From contig CAYQDC010000004.1 of assembly GCA_964416205.1 (NCBI GenBank), positions 1 to 55,856 on the forward strand: a DNA stretch of 55,856 bases, in the 5' to 3' direction. Shown here in pieces: positions 18,476-26,424 of the stretch (position 1 is the first letter of the stretch; every line of letters begins with the position of its first letter). The position numbers were made by a program, and so were the translations under genes. Origin of the DNA: an uncultured Acetobacter sp. GTDB taxonomy: Bacteria > Pseudomonadota > Alphaproteobacteria > RF32 > CAG-239. The notes beneath the pieces are model-generated. The model did no database searches. It worked only from the letters and a program-made list of their open reading frames with translations, and was not told the DNA's origin.

Positions 18476-18826
18476 TTAGATACCTTCACCGGACTGGTCA
18501 AATGTATCACCCGTTTGCGTTGAGTCAATGTTACCACCAGTAGCGTAGTTAACGATAGCACCAGCCGCAGCCAGAATAGCCAACCCAACGGCTAACCCCG
18601 CAAACCAAGTCCACTTCACTTTACCGAAAATAGCCTGGAATGCGATACCGACCAAACCGAAAGCACCAACGACGAAGATTAAAACCTTAACATTTTGGAA
18701 CAAAACCAAAGCTTTTGTCATACCGAGTTGCATAACGCTTTCCGTTGCAAACGATGATGCGGCCCATACGGCTGTAAACATCAGCACCCATGAACACAGC
18801 ACCAATATTTTCTGTAACTTTTTCAT
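18476..18826 (-). CDS. virB2: VirB2/TrbC-family pilin (copy 1, probable major pilin)
   Basis: Signal peptide, helices joined by AIFGKVKWTW, AGGAG RBS, its own promoter and terminator. Confidence 0.8.
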   Translation of the reverse strand: MKKLQKILVLCSWVLMFTAVWAASSFATESVMQLGMTKALVLFQNVKVLIFVVGAFGLVGIAFQAIFGKVKWTWFAGLAVGLAILAAAGAIVNYATGGNIDSTQTGDTFDQSGEGI

Positions 18827-18857
18827 ATCAGTTCTCCTAAATTCATTATACGTTGTT

Positions 18858-18886
18858 ATTTTACTTCAAAAACAAAAAAAATTCAA
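18858..18886 (-). promoter_or_regulatory. Sigma70-type promoter for virB2 copy 1
   Basis: Minus strand TTGAAT-N17-TAAAAT. Confidence 0.45.
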
Positions 18887-18939
18887 GCTTTTTACACTCC
18901 ACTCATAATTAACCATCTATTTGTTTTATATTGTTTTTA

Positions 18940-18966
18940 TGTTTTGTAACAAAAGTTTCACACTTC
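18940..18966. repeat. 27-bp motif, copy 2 (tgttttgtaacaaaagtttcacacttc)
   Basis: 25/27 identical to 18273..18299; 114 nt upstream of the virB2 ATG at 18826. Confidence 0.75.
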
Positions 18967-19064
18967 AAAATCTTTTTCTTAGGTAAACTTTGTTATTACA
19001 CGACACAGTGATTTTTGTTGTTATTAATTGTATAAATGTGTTTGCTAAAGTTTCTAAACAATGT

Positions 19065-19079
19065 TTAAAATATGGTTAA
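19065..19079. promoter_or_regulatory. CtrA-type binding box TTAA-N7-TTAA
   Basis: TTAAaatatggTTAA; the reverse strand reads TTAACCAT...; about 50 nt upstream of the first pilus-cluster gene. Confidence 0.55.
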
Positions 19080-19129
19080 TATTTAAATAAATATAGTAGA
19101 TTATTTGTGCGTTAGGGAATGTGTTACCT

Positions 19130-20584
19130 ATGAAAGGTATTAAGGATTTTGCTTTAGGCTTTGTTTTTTCCTTATTCAGTATGTCGCTTGCCGGGCAACT
19201 GCGCCTTTCTTCGTTCGAGAACGGTCATATCGATATCATTCCGGGAAGTATAAAAATAGATTTATTCAGACCAGCGGCCGAAACAAACATGATTCAAACT
19301 ACCATTCAATTGCCCGCAGTGCAAAAAGAGACTTTATTTACAGCACAGACGACACTGTTACAGGCTTCTGAAGAAGAGTTTACGTTTTTACTATCTCAAG
19401 AATCACCCTTTTCTAATTCCTCCACTAAAGACGTGCAACCTTTTGATGAATTGCGTAACCTGGAAATTGCCTACGCTCCTGATCAGGATATTAACGGCGC
19501 TGAAGATGCCGAAATATTAACAGTTAATATTGATTCTGGCATTATCCCTATTGATTTTGAAGCTACATCTTTCCCAGCATCTGATGTAGAAATATCACAT
19601 AGTGAAGACGACAGTAAGATCGCCATGCTTCCGACTGAACCGACGAAAAACACTACTAGCAATTTTGAAGAGGATAGTCCATGGGTTGTCGCTAAAGGTA
19701 GCAAATATATAAAGAACAAAAAACTGCTTGAAAAATTTCAAGACCAAAATCCCCAAGGTTTATTTACAGACAATAGCAAAGAGCTTGCCGTAGCAGATGA
19801 TAATATTTCTTACAAAGTAGCAGAACGCATCAAGCAAAGTATTATTTTTCCTATTCCTGACGAAATATTAAACGATGAAAATCTGACACCAACATTTATT
19901 ACGGGTGTACCTCGTCAGAAAACGGCAGCAAGTCAGAACAAAACCAGCTCTACTGAAAACAATAATACCTCAAAAGTAACTTCGCCAGCGCCCAAAGAAA
20001 AACAATTGAAAATTATACCAAAGCTGCAAATTGCTACTACAGACAAGAAAGATTCAAGTTTTCTTAACAGTATTTCTTCATGGTTTTCCAATAAAGAAGA
20101 AACCACACCTAAAGAAAAAATAAAGCCTCAGAAGACTTTTTCTTATAGCAGCCAAGGAGCGGGAACTGAATCAAATCGGGGTGATACCCATTCGCACATC
20201 AGCAATGATGCCTTGGTTAGCTTTTATGAAACACTCCAGGAAACACGAGAGGAGCAATCTCGGCAAAAGGTCGTCCCCTCTGAGCTGAAATTATCTTTTC
20301 AAGACGGGAGGGCTGAAATTTCAGGACAAACCTTACGGTGGCTAAAAGCTTTTTCCGAAAAAGCAAAAGAAGATACGATGTACCTGCAAATCAGATTGGA
20401 CGCTACAGCTCCGATTGATTTACAAAGAAAAAGATTAGGTCTTCTTTACACTATTTTTATGAATAATGGCGTTGATCTTAAGAAGATTGACACTGTATTT
20501 TCTTTAACAGAGCTTAATACTTTTGTTATAAGAACATTACAACTCAGATCAGATAACAAAATTTCTGATTCCTCTGTCAAATAA
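19130..20584 (+). CDS. Exported or membrane-anchored protein with a degenerate C-terminal OmpA-like domain
   Basis: N-terminal hydrophobic segment, low-complexity middle, C-terminal LSFQDGRAEISGQTLRWLKAF...LQRKRL...NNGVDLKKI resembling OmpA-C. ATG 19130 chosen; the track starts at GTG 19121. Confidence 0.5.
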   Translation: MKGIKDFALGFVFSLFSMSLAGQLRLSSFENGHIDIIPGSIKIDLFRPAAETNMIQTTIQLPAVQKETLFTAQTTLLQASEEEFTFLLSQESPFSNSSTKDVQPFDELRNLEIAYAPDQDINGAEDAEILTVNIDSGIIPIDFEATSFPASDVEISHSEDDSKIAMLPTEPTKNTTSNFEEDSPWVVAKGSKYIKNKKLLEKFQDQNPQGLFTDNSKELAVADDNISYKVAERIKQSIIFPIPDEILNDENLTPTFITGVPRQKTAASQNKTSSTENNNTSKVTSPAPKEKQLKIIPKLQIATTDKKDSSFLNSISSWFSNKEETTPKEKIKPQKTFSYSSQGAGTESNRGDTHSHISNDALVSFYETLQETREEQSRQKVVPSELKLSFQDGRAEISGQTLRWLKAFSEKAKEDTMYLQIRLDATAPIDLQRKRLGLLYTIFMNNGVDLKKIDTVFSLTELNTFVIRTLQLRSDNKISDSSVK

Positions 20585-20672
20585 TCGTGTGATAAGTAAC
20601 ATATTAGGCTTGATAGGTTAAAATTTATTATTAAAATGAATTAGGATTGAATTTTGGCGGTAGGTTTATGTT

Positions 20673-21989
20673 ATGAAAAAGAATTTTTTATTGTCTTTTT
20701 GTGTTTTATGTGTTTGTGGCGTTTCGGCTTGCAACAGTTTAAAAAATGACAGCAAATCAATAGATGTTTACATTTCTGAAAACGAAGCACCAATTATAGA
20801 CACAACAGTCGATCCTTATGGTAGATGTGGCGTTAACGGTATCAGCTGTAATGATACGGCACTTGTTAATTACACAGAAACTGAAACAGATTATCGTGCT
20901 TATGGGGAGAGGACTAAACGGGATCATTTATACACCCAGTCAGCTGTAGGAAACAATCTTGCTGCCACTGTACAGCCGGGACTGGAAGAGGATGTTGTCG
21001 TTTCTAATATTGTCGTGAGCAATACTGTATCTCCGACCAGTACCCGCAAATATGTTATTGACAACGGTGTTTTCAGCCAAACAGGGGCTCTTGAGCTTGA
21101 ACCGCGAGTTCATAAATATCCTTTAAATTCAAATTCTGGAAGCAAATCTCAAATTAAAAATAACAGTCAAACAGATGGGGATGTATTTGATCCGCAGGTT
21201 CAAAAATATTCTTTAGCTGTGACAGAAAATTCAAATTCTGGCAATGAATCTCAAATTAAAAATAATAGCCAAACAAGTGGGGGGGCATTTGATCCGCATG
21301 CTCAAAAATATTCTTTATCTATGACAGAAAATTCAGATTCTGGTAATGAATCTCAAATTAGAAATAATAGCCAGGGACAGGTTATTGTACATAAAATAGC
21401 TGATGCTAAAGAGAATGAAGCAATGTATGCTAATAATGTTGAAACGATGACAACAATCGGTAAAAACCGCCTCGGTCGCAAGCTCAATGTTAAAGAAGTT
21501 TTAAAAAGTGAGGGCTCAGGAAGTACTTATGAAATTGTCTGTGAAGAAGAATGTGACGATATTATCAATGATGACATTATTACATCCGAATTTACAGAAG
21601 AATCTTTTGATATTGCAGATTATATTGAAGAATCTGGTGATGCGGACGTACGCTTTATTGATGTTGGTAAAGAAAAACAGACTATCGATGTTGCCATTGA
21701 TGAAGTTCTGGTTGGTGATAATACAATTCTCACATGGGAAGCTCAGGAAGGTGAAAATTTAAGAGAGCTTTTAACAAAATGGAGTGCTATGTCTGGATGG
21801 AAACTTTTATGGAATACGAATCGCAATTATATCTTAAATGCTGGCGTAATGTTTAAGGGGAAATTTGCAGATGTCAGTGCGGCTCTCATCAGAGCTTTTG
21901 CAAGAGCCAGACCGGCCCCTGTTGCCACTTATTATAAAGGCAACCGTGTTATTGTTGTAGAAACGATGGAGAACGAGAATGCTTACTAA
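20673..21989 (+). CDS. Type IVb pilus lipoprotein with C-terminal TcpQ domain (PilL/TcpQ-like)
   Basis: Lipobox VSAC; C-terminal WEAQEGENLRELLTKWSAMSGWKLLW...FKGKF typical of TcpQ domains; directly upstream of the secretin. Confidence 0.78.
   Translation: MKKNFLLSFCVLCVCGVSACNSLKNDSKSIDVYISENEAPIIDTTVDPYGRCGVNGISCNDTALVNYTETETDYRAYGERTKRDHLYTQSAVGNNLAATVQPGLEEDVVVSNIVVSNTVSPTSTRKYVIDNGVFSQTGALELEPRVHKYPLNSNSGSKSQIKNNSQTDGDVFDPQVQKYSLAVTENSNSGNESQIKNNSQTSGGAFDPHAQKYSLSMTENSDSGNESQIRNNSQGQVIVHKIADAKENEAMYANNVETMTTIGKNRLGRKLNVKEVLKSEGSGSTYEIVCEEECDDIINDDIITSEFTEESFDIADYIEESGDADVRFIDVGKEKQTIDVAIDEVLVGDNTILTWEAQEGENLRELLTKWSAMSGWKLLWNTNRNYILNAGVMFKGKFADVSAALIRAFARARPAPVATYYKGNRVIVVETMENENAY
21075..21374 (+). 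repeat. In-frame 102-bp (34 aa) tandem repeat, about 2.5-3 copies
   Basis: Units start at 21126, 21228 and 21330: NSNSGSKSQIKNNSQTDGDVFDPQVQKYSLAVTE / NSNSGNESQIKNNSQTSGGAFDPHAQKYSLSMTE / NSDSGNESQIRNNSQ, plus a degenerate upstream partial unit. Confidence 0.9.
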
Positions 21990-23586
21990 TAAAAAGATTT
22001 TAATCGGATTTGCCGGCATTTTGTTAATGGGTGTTGCTTCGTGCTCATTACCTACGGATTATGATGCTTCGATTGAACGGGATGTGGATGCTACAATAAA
22101 GTATAAAGAAGATGCTAAGGCTCCGCAAACCGTTGCAGATACGGATGTTATCCGTATTAAAGATGATATTTGGCTAGGAGATGCTAGTGAAATTGAATAT
22201 GAGGGGGATAAGCCGTTGCCAGCGTATCTAGAAACGGCAGATGGTGTTACTTTGATTAGCAACCGCCCTATTACGCTTTACGAAATAGGTAGTATGATTA
22301 GCCAGATTAGTTCTATTAAAATCAGATTTGCTCCGCAATTGGAAGGCCCTGCTAAAGCAGCTGCCGATAAGAATGCACCAACGGTTAAAAAAGTTGGTTC
22401 AAAGTGGTCTGATACATCGAGGATGTTGGTATCTTATAAAGGTTCGTTGAGTGGCTTACTTGATGAGGTTTGTTCGTATTTCGGTGTATGGTGGAAATAT
22501 GAACACGGAGAAATATATATTTATAAATATACCACCAAAACATTTACTCTTTATACGTTGCCGACTAAACCATCAATGACTTCGAGTGTTAGTAGCTCAT
22601 CTGGTGGTGGCAGTATTACAAGTGGTGTTTCAAGTATTGATTTGTGGGCCAATATTGTTACAGCAGTCAAATCCATGTTAGGCCAGGGATCAAGCCTGAT
22701 AACGGATCCAATGAACGGAACGCTTACTATTACAGCTACTCCGACAGAAATAAAGAAAGTAGCAAAGTTCGTTAATGAGCAAAATATCAGATTGTCTAGA
22801 CAAGTGGCCATAAGTGTTAAGGTCTTGCAGGTTGAAGTGGATGAATCCAGAGGTTTTGGTTTTGATCTTGATGCAGCGTTTAAAGACCGGACGGCATCCG
22901 GCGGAAATATTACGCTAGGCGATGATAACTTTGGGCCGACAGGGTTGGGAGACACTGGTAATAGTGGTATGTCCATGAAAATTTTGAGTGGTGATATTAC
23001 TGTTAACGCAGCTATTCAGGCTTTATCCACGCAGGGTGTGACGACATTGGTTACTTCTGGTACCGTAACAACAATGAATAATAAACCTGCACCTATTCAA
23101 GTGGTTAAGACGCAAAATTATATATCTGAATATACTAAAACTAATAATGGTACGGTTGGTGGAGAGGCCAGTTATGATGTTACTGTGGAAACAGAAGAAA
23201 TAGAAACGGGTTTTACGCTTGATGTTTTGCCGCGCATTATGGATCACGGACGATTGATGATGTTATTCAGTCTAAATCTTTCCGATTTGCTTAGTTTGGA
23301 AAATGTTAATTTAGACAGCACAGATGAATCTGGTTATATTCAAAACCCAATTATTGAAGAACGTGGTTTTTCGCAAGAAGTTGCCTTAAAATCCGGTGAA
23401 ACATTGGTGTTATCAGGTTATGAGCGTGTGGAGACAACCAGCGATAAAGCAGGTTTGGGAGAAGTAAATAATTATTTGTTAGGTGGTCATCAAACGGTTG
23501 AAAAGACTCGTAGCATTGTTGTTATTCTTTTGACGCCGGTTGTTCTTGAATCGCCTTTGATGCCTGAGTCTCGTATGAAATATTAG
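21979..23586 (+). CDS. pilN: Type IVb pilus lipoprotein secretin (PilN/BfpB/TcpC family)
   Basis: Lipobox VASC, YKGSLSGLLD, RQVAISVKVLQV, TTMNNKPAP, ETGFTLDVLP, LKSGETLVLSG, VILLTP secretin motifs. Confidence 0.9.
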   Translation: MLTNKKILIGFAGILLMGVASCSLPTDYDASIERDVDATIKYKEDAKAPQTVADTDVIRIKDDIWLGDASEIEYEGDKPLPAYLETADGVTLISNRPITLYEIGSMISQISSIKIRFAPQLEGPAKAAADKNAPTVKKVGSKWSDTSRMLVSYKGSLSGLLDEVCSYFGVWWKYEHGEIYIYKYTTKTFTLYTLPTKPSMTSSVSSSSGGGSITSGVSSIDLWANIVTAVKSMLGQGSSLITDPMNGTLTITATPTEIKKVAKFVNEQNIRLSRQVAISVKVLQVEVDESRGFGFDLDAAFKDRTASGGNITLGDDNFGPTGLGDTGNSGMSMKILSGDITVNAAIQALSTQGVTTLVTSGTVTTMNNKPAPIQVVKTQNYISEYTKTNNGTVGGEASYDVTVETEEIETGFTLDVLPRIMDHGRLMMLFSLNLSDLLSLENVNLDSTDESGYIQNPIIEERGFSQEVALKSGETLVLSGYERVETTSDKAGLGEVNNYLLGGHQTVEKTRSIVVILLTPVVLESPLMPESRMKY

Positions 23587-23597
23587 AGGAGCATACC

Positions 23598-24875
23598 GTG
23601 ACAGAAGAAGTTGATAGCGGAATTGAAATAGAAGGAGATACTCCTGCAACCGAAAGCAAGGAATGGGCTTCCAGCTTTATGGTTAATGGTGTTCAATACG
23701 CTGCGAGCATTTTCTGGGAAAGCTTACAAAATATTGAAGCTCCGTTTCTAGATGCAAAAGAAGCTGCCGAAAATGTTTTGATTGGTGCAGATTTGTTTTG
23801 TGTTAAACATGGTAAATCTCCGCAATTGGGCTTAGCCGTTTCATCTCAGGGCTTTAAAAAAGGAATGAAAGTAGCCGCTGTGGCAGCTGTAACGGCTATG
23901 AGTGATGCTTCATCATTATTGGCTGTTTTTAAAGTTGATGCTGGTTATTGGTATTTATGTGTAAGAAACGACGTTATTTTATCTGATGGTGATGTTCTTT
24001 TCGTAAAAGAGGAAGATGCAAGAGAACAATTTATGTCTATGTTGTCAGTTCCGGACTGGTCTAAGAAAATAGCTCCCGAAGAGTGGGGAATAGATGAAAC
24101 TGAACAGAAAAATATTTCGGAGATTTTTGCCCAAGGTCTGGATGTACAACTTGAAAAAATAAATGCTCTGCGTGGAACAGAGTTGGCTATTGTCGTCGTT
24201 TTATCAATTGCCGCTGGAGCGTGGCTAGTTATGTTTATTTCCAATACTTTTTTCGCTACAAAAACGCAGGAAAACAAGGTTGTAACGCGACGCGCACAAA
24301 AAAAAGTCGTTAAAGAAGTTGAGAAAATTGTGCCAGCGCCATGGGAATCGATGGTGGATACGAACTGGATACTTGATAATTGCAGAGAGAAAATTCAAAC
24401 TCTTGTTTCCATCTCAACCCCGGGATGGATAAATACCGGGGTCACATGTACAGCCTCTGGTGTTGTTACTTCTTGGCGACGTGAATTCGGGCGCTTATCT
24501 TGGATTGAAATGGCATTATCTTATTCAGGTTTAACCTTTACCAATAAAACTATTGATGATCGCGGAGCTTCAGTTACCGTATCTGTTCCTTTTCAGTCTG
24601 TAAAAAAAGTTAATTCTATTCCGAACAAGACTATTACTCAATTGCGCAATATGATTAATGACCTTTTTCAGACGATTAATATGAGTATTTCCTTGTCACA
24701 AGGACAGGTGAAGGCCGGTAATAAGGTTTATACGTCTTTAAACTTTAGATTAAATTCCACATATGATCCTAATATTTGGAAGCCGATGTTAACAAAATTT
24801 TCAGGACTTAAGGTTAATAGTATACGTTATAATAATGGCGTATGGAATTATGAGGGGACAATTTATGTTCAATAA
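23598..24875 (+). CDS. pilO: Type IVb pilus accessory protein (PilO/BfpC-like)
   Basis: YAASIFW, YWYLCVRNDVILSDGD, central TM helix then PAPW and a Cys pair; position after pilN. Confidence 0.75.
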   Translation: MTEEVDSGIEIEGDTPATESKEWASSFMVNGVQYAASIFWESLQNIEAPFLDAKEAAENVLIGADLFCVKHGKSPQLGLAVSSQGFKKGMKVAAVAAVTAMSDASSLLAVFKVDAGYWYLCVRNDVILSDGDVLFVKEEDAREQFMSMLSVPDWSKKIAPEEWGIDETEQKNISEIFAQGLDVQLEKINALRGTELAIVVVLSIAAGAWLVMFISNTFFATKTQENKVVTRRAQKKVVKEVEKIVPAPWESMVDTNWILDNCREKIQTLVSISTPGWINTGVTCTASGVVTSWRREFGRLSWIEMALSYSGLTFTNKTIDDRGASVTVSVPFQSVKKVNSIPNKTITQLRNMINDLFQTINMSISLSQGQVKAGNKVYTSLNFRLNSTYDPNIWKPMLTKFSGLKVNSIRYNNGVWNYEGTIYVQ

Positions 24876-26403
24876 GAAACAGAAAGTATATATAGCGGTG
24901 TTTGTTCTTGCCCTTTGCACAGAGGCTTCGCATATTTATGCTGCAGATGCAATCGCCACGGTCAATGAAGCCAATTTGCCGATTAATGTTTCTGAAAAAA
25001 CGATCAATTCTTCGCATGGTGCCAATTCCGATGCCAATACAGCTTTGGTTTCCCCCTCAAGGGCAAAAAGTTCTGTACCGGTAAATGATGCAACTGCTAA
25101 AGAAACAGCAGTAACTGTAACGGCTCCACAAGCTGTAAATTCTTCAAATCAGGAAGCATCTGCTCCAGTAACCAACGACACATCGTTAGTGGCAGCATCG
25201 AAAGCTTCGGCCACAGAAACTGTATCCGGGACAGCGCCTCAGGCATCAGCTACGGCTTCTGCTAAACCTGATGATTTTAATTTTGATTTGAAAATGAAAT
25301 CCATTAATGCACCAACCACGACTGGGCAGCCGAAAACAGCAACACAGGCAGAAGGATATGCGAAGTCAGCTATTACTGACGATGATTTGCCGAAAGATAT
25401 ACAGTATACGGCGAATCCGGTAGAAGCATTGGGTAATAGTGTCTTAACGCAGATGGATAGTGATTTGTTTTCTCAAATGTCTGAAATTGAGAAGAGTACA
25501 ACGTTACTTACGCTTGAATTACGTAGAGAAAAAATTCGTAATGAGATTGAGGCTCAAAAAGCCATCCGACAAAAAAATATTGACGACATGGCTAGAGAAA
25601 AAGAAGAACGTCGCCTTCAAGCTCTGGAAAAAGAAAAACAAATTGAAGCTCAAGTGTTGAAAGAAAAACAGACTCTGTTGGATAAAGAGCAACTGTTTGA
25701 AATTCTGAAGCAAAGAAAGTTATTGAATGCTTATATGAACCAAATGTTAGTTAATCAACAAGAGTGGCTCAAGGAGAAGGAAAACCTGTATGCACAAATT
25801 GTAGCTGTTGAACAGGAAAAGAGAGCATTAATTGAGCTTTTTAAGGAACGTATCAATAAGGTATTGGAAGCATCTGCTAAAAATATTCAGGTTGCGGAAG
25901 CCGCAAAAGCTAATTTTGAGCGTATTGTTAAAAATTTAAAAGCCAGAAACGAACAACTTCGTAAACGTGTGGCAGCAGATGCTCAGATTATTAAAAATGC
26001 GAAAAATAGTTTGTATTTAAAGTCACAGTCTATTGAAGAAATAAAAGATAAAAATGCAGCTGTTGCTGCTATGATCAACGCCCAAGAAGCGAGAGATTCT
26101 GATGATGAAGCTGAGGATAAGGGAATAAATGCTGAGGAAAAAGAGATTCCAGTGGTGCTCAGTTCTCAATTTGCCCTATTGGGAATCAGCGGACGTGGTG
26201 GAGATATGAATGTTGAAGTTATGGATTTAAATGGACAACCTCTTTCACTGAAAATTGGATCACCGTTGCCGTCTGGACATATTCTGAGTGAGATTGGGGC
26301 TGATTATGCGAAATTTAACCGGGATGGAACAGATGAATATCTGTACATTGGACGAAGTTTTGACGGATATATCCCCACACTTGAAGAAGAGACGAAAAAA
26401 TAG
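24865..26403 (+). CDS. Elongated PilP-like type IVb pilus protein (signal peptide, Ala/Thr-rich linker, coiled coil, C-terminal beta domain)
   Basis: ATG 24865 with GAGGGG RBS; C-terminal LLGISGRGGDMNVEV...LKIGSPLPSGHILSEI resembles the PilP family; lies between pilO and pilQ. Confidence 0.6.
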   Translation: MFNKKQKVYIAVFVLALCTEASHIYAADAIATVNEANLPINVSEKTINSSHGANSDANTALVSPSRAKSSVPVNDATAKETAVTVTAPQAVNSSNQEASAPVTNDTSLVAASKASATETVSGTAPQASATASAKPDDFNFDLKMKSINAPTTTGQPKTATQAEGYAKSAITDDDLPKDIQYTANPVEALGNSVLTQMDSDLFSQMSEIEKSTTLLTLELRREKIRNEIEAQKAIRQKNIDDMAREKEERRLQALEKEKQIEAQVLKEKQTLLDKEQLFEILKQRKLLNAYMNQMLVNQQEWLKEKENLYAQIVAVEQEKRALIELFKERINKVLEASAKNIQVAEAAKANFERIVKNLKARNEQLRKRVAADAQIIKNAKNSLYLKSQSIEEIKDKNAAVAAMINAQEARDSDDEAEDKGINAEEKEIPVVLSSQFALLGISGRGGDMNVEVMDLNGQPLSLKIGSPLPSGHILSEIGADYAKFNRDGTDEYLYIGRSFDGYIPTLEEETKK

Positions 26404-26424
26404 GAAGTTTTTTAGGCTGGAAAT

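Noticed and set aside
18400-18588. 62-aa ORF overlapping the virB2 3' end
   Set aside because: Alternate frame running through the terminator hairpin; no RBS.
21075-21374. Repeat array as CRISPR
   Set aside because: In-frame 102-bp coding units without unique spacers; no cas genes.
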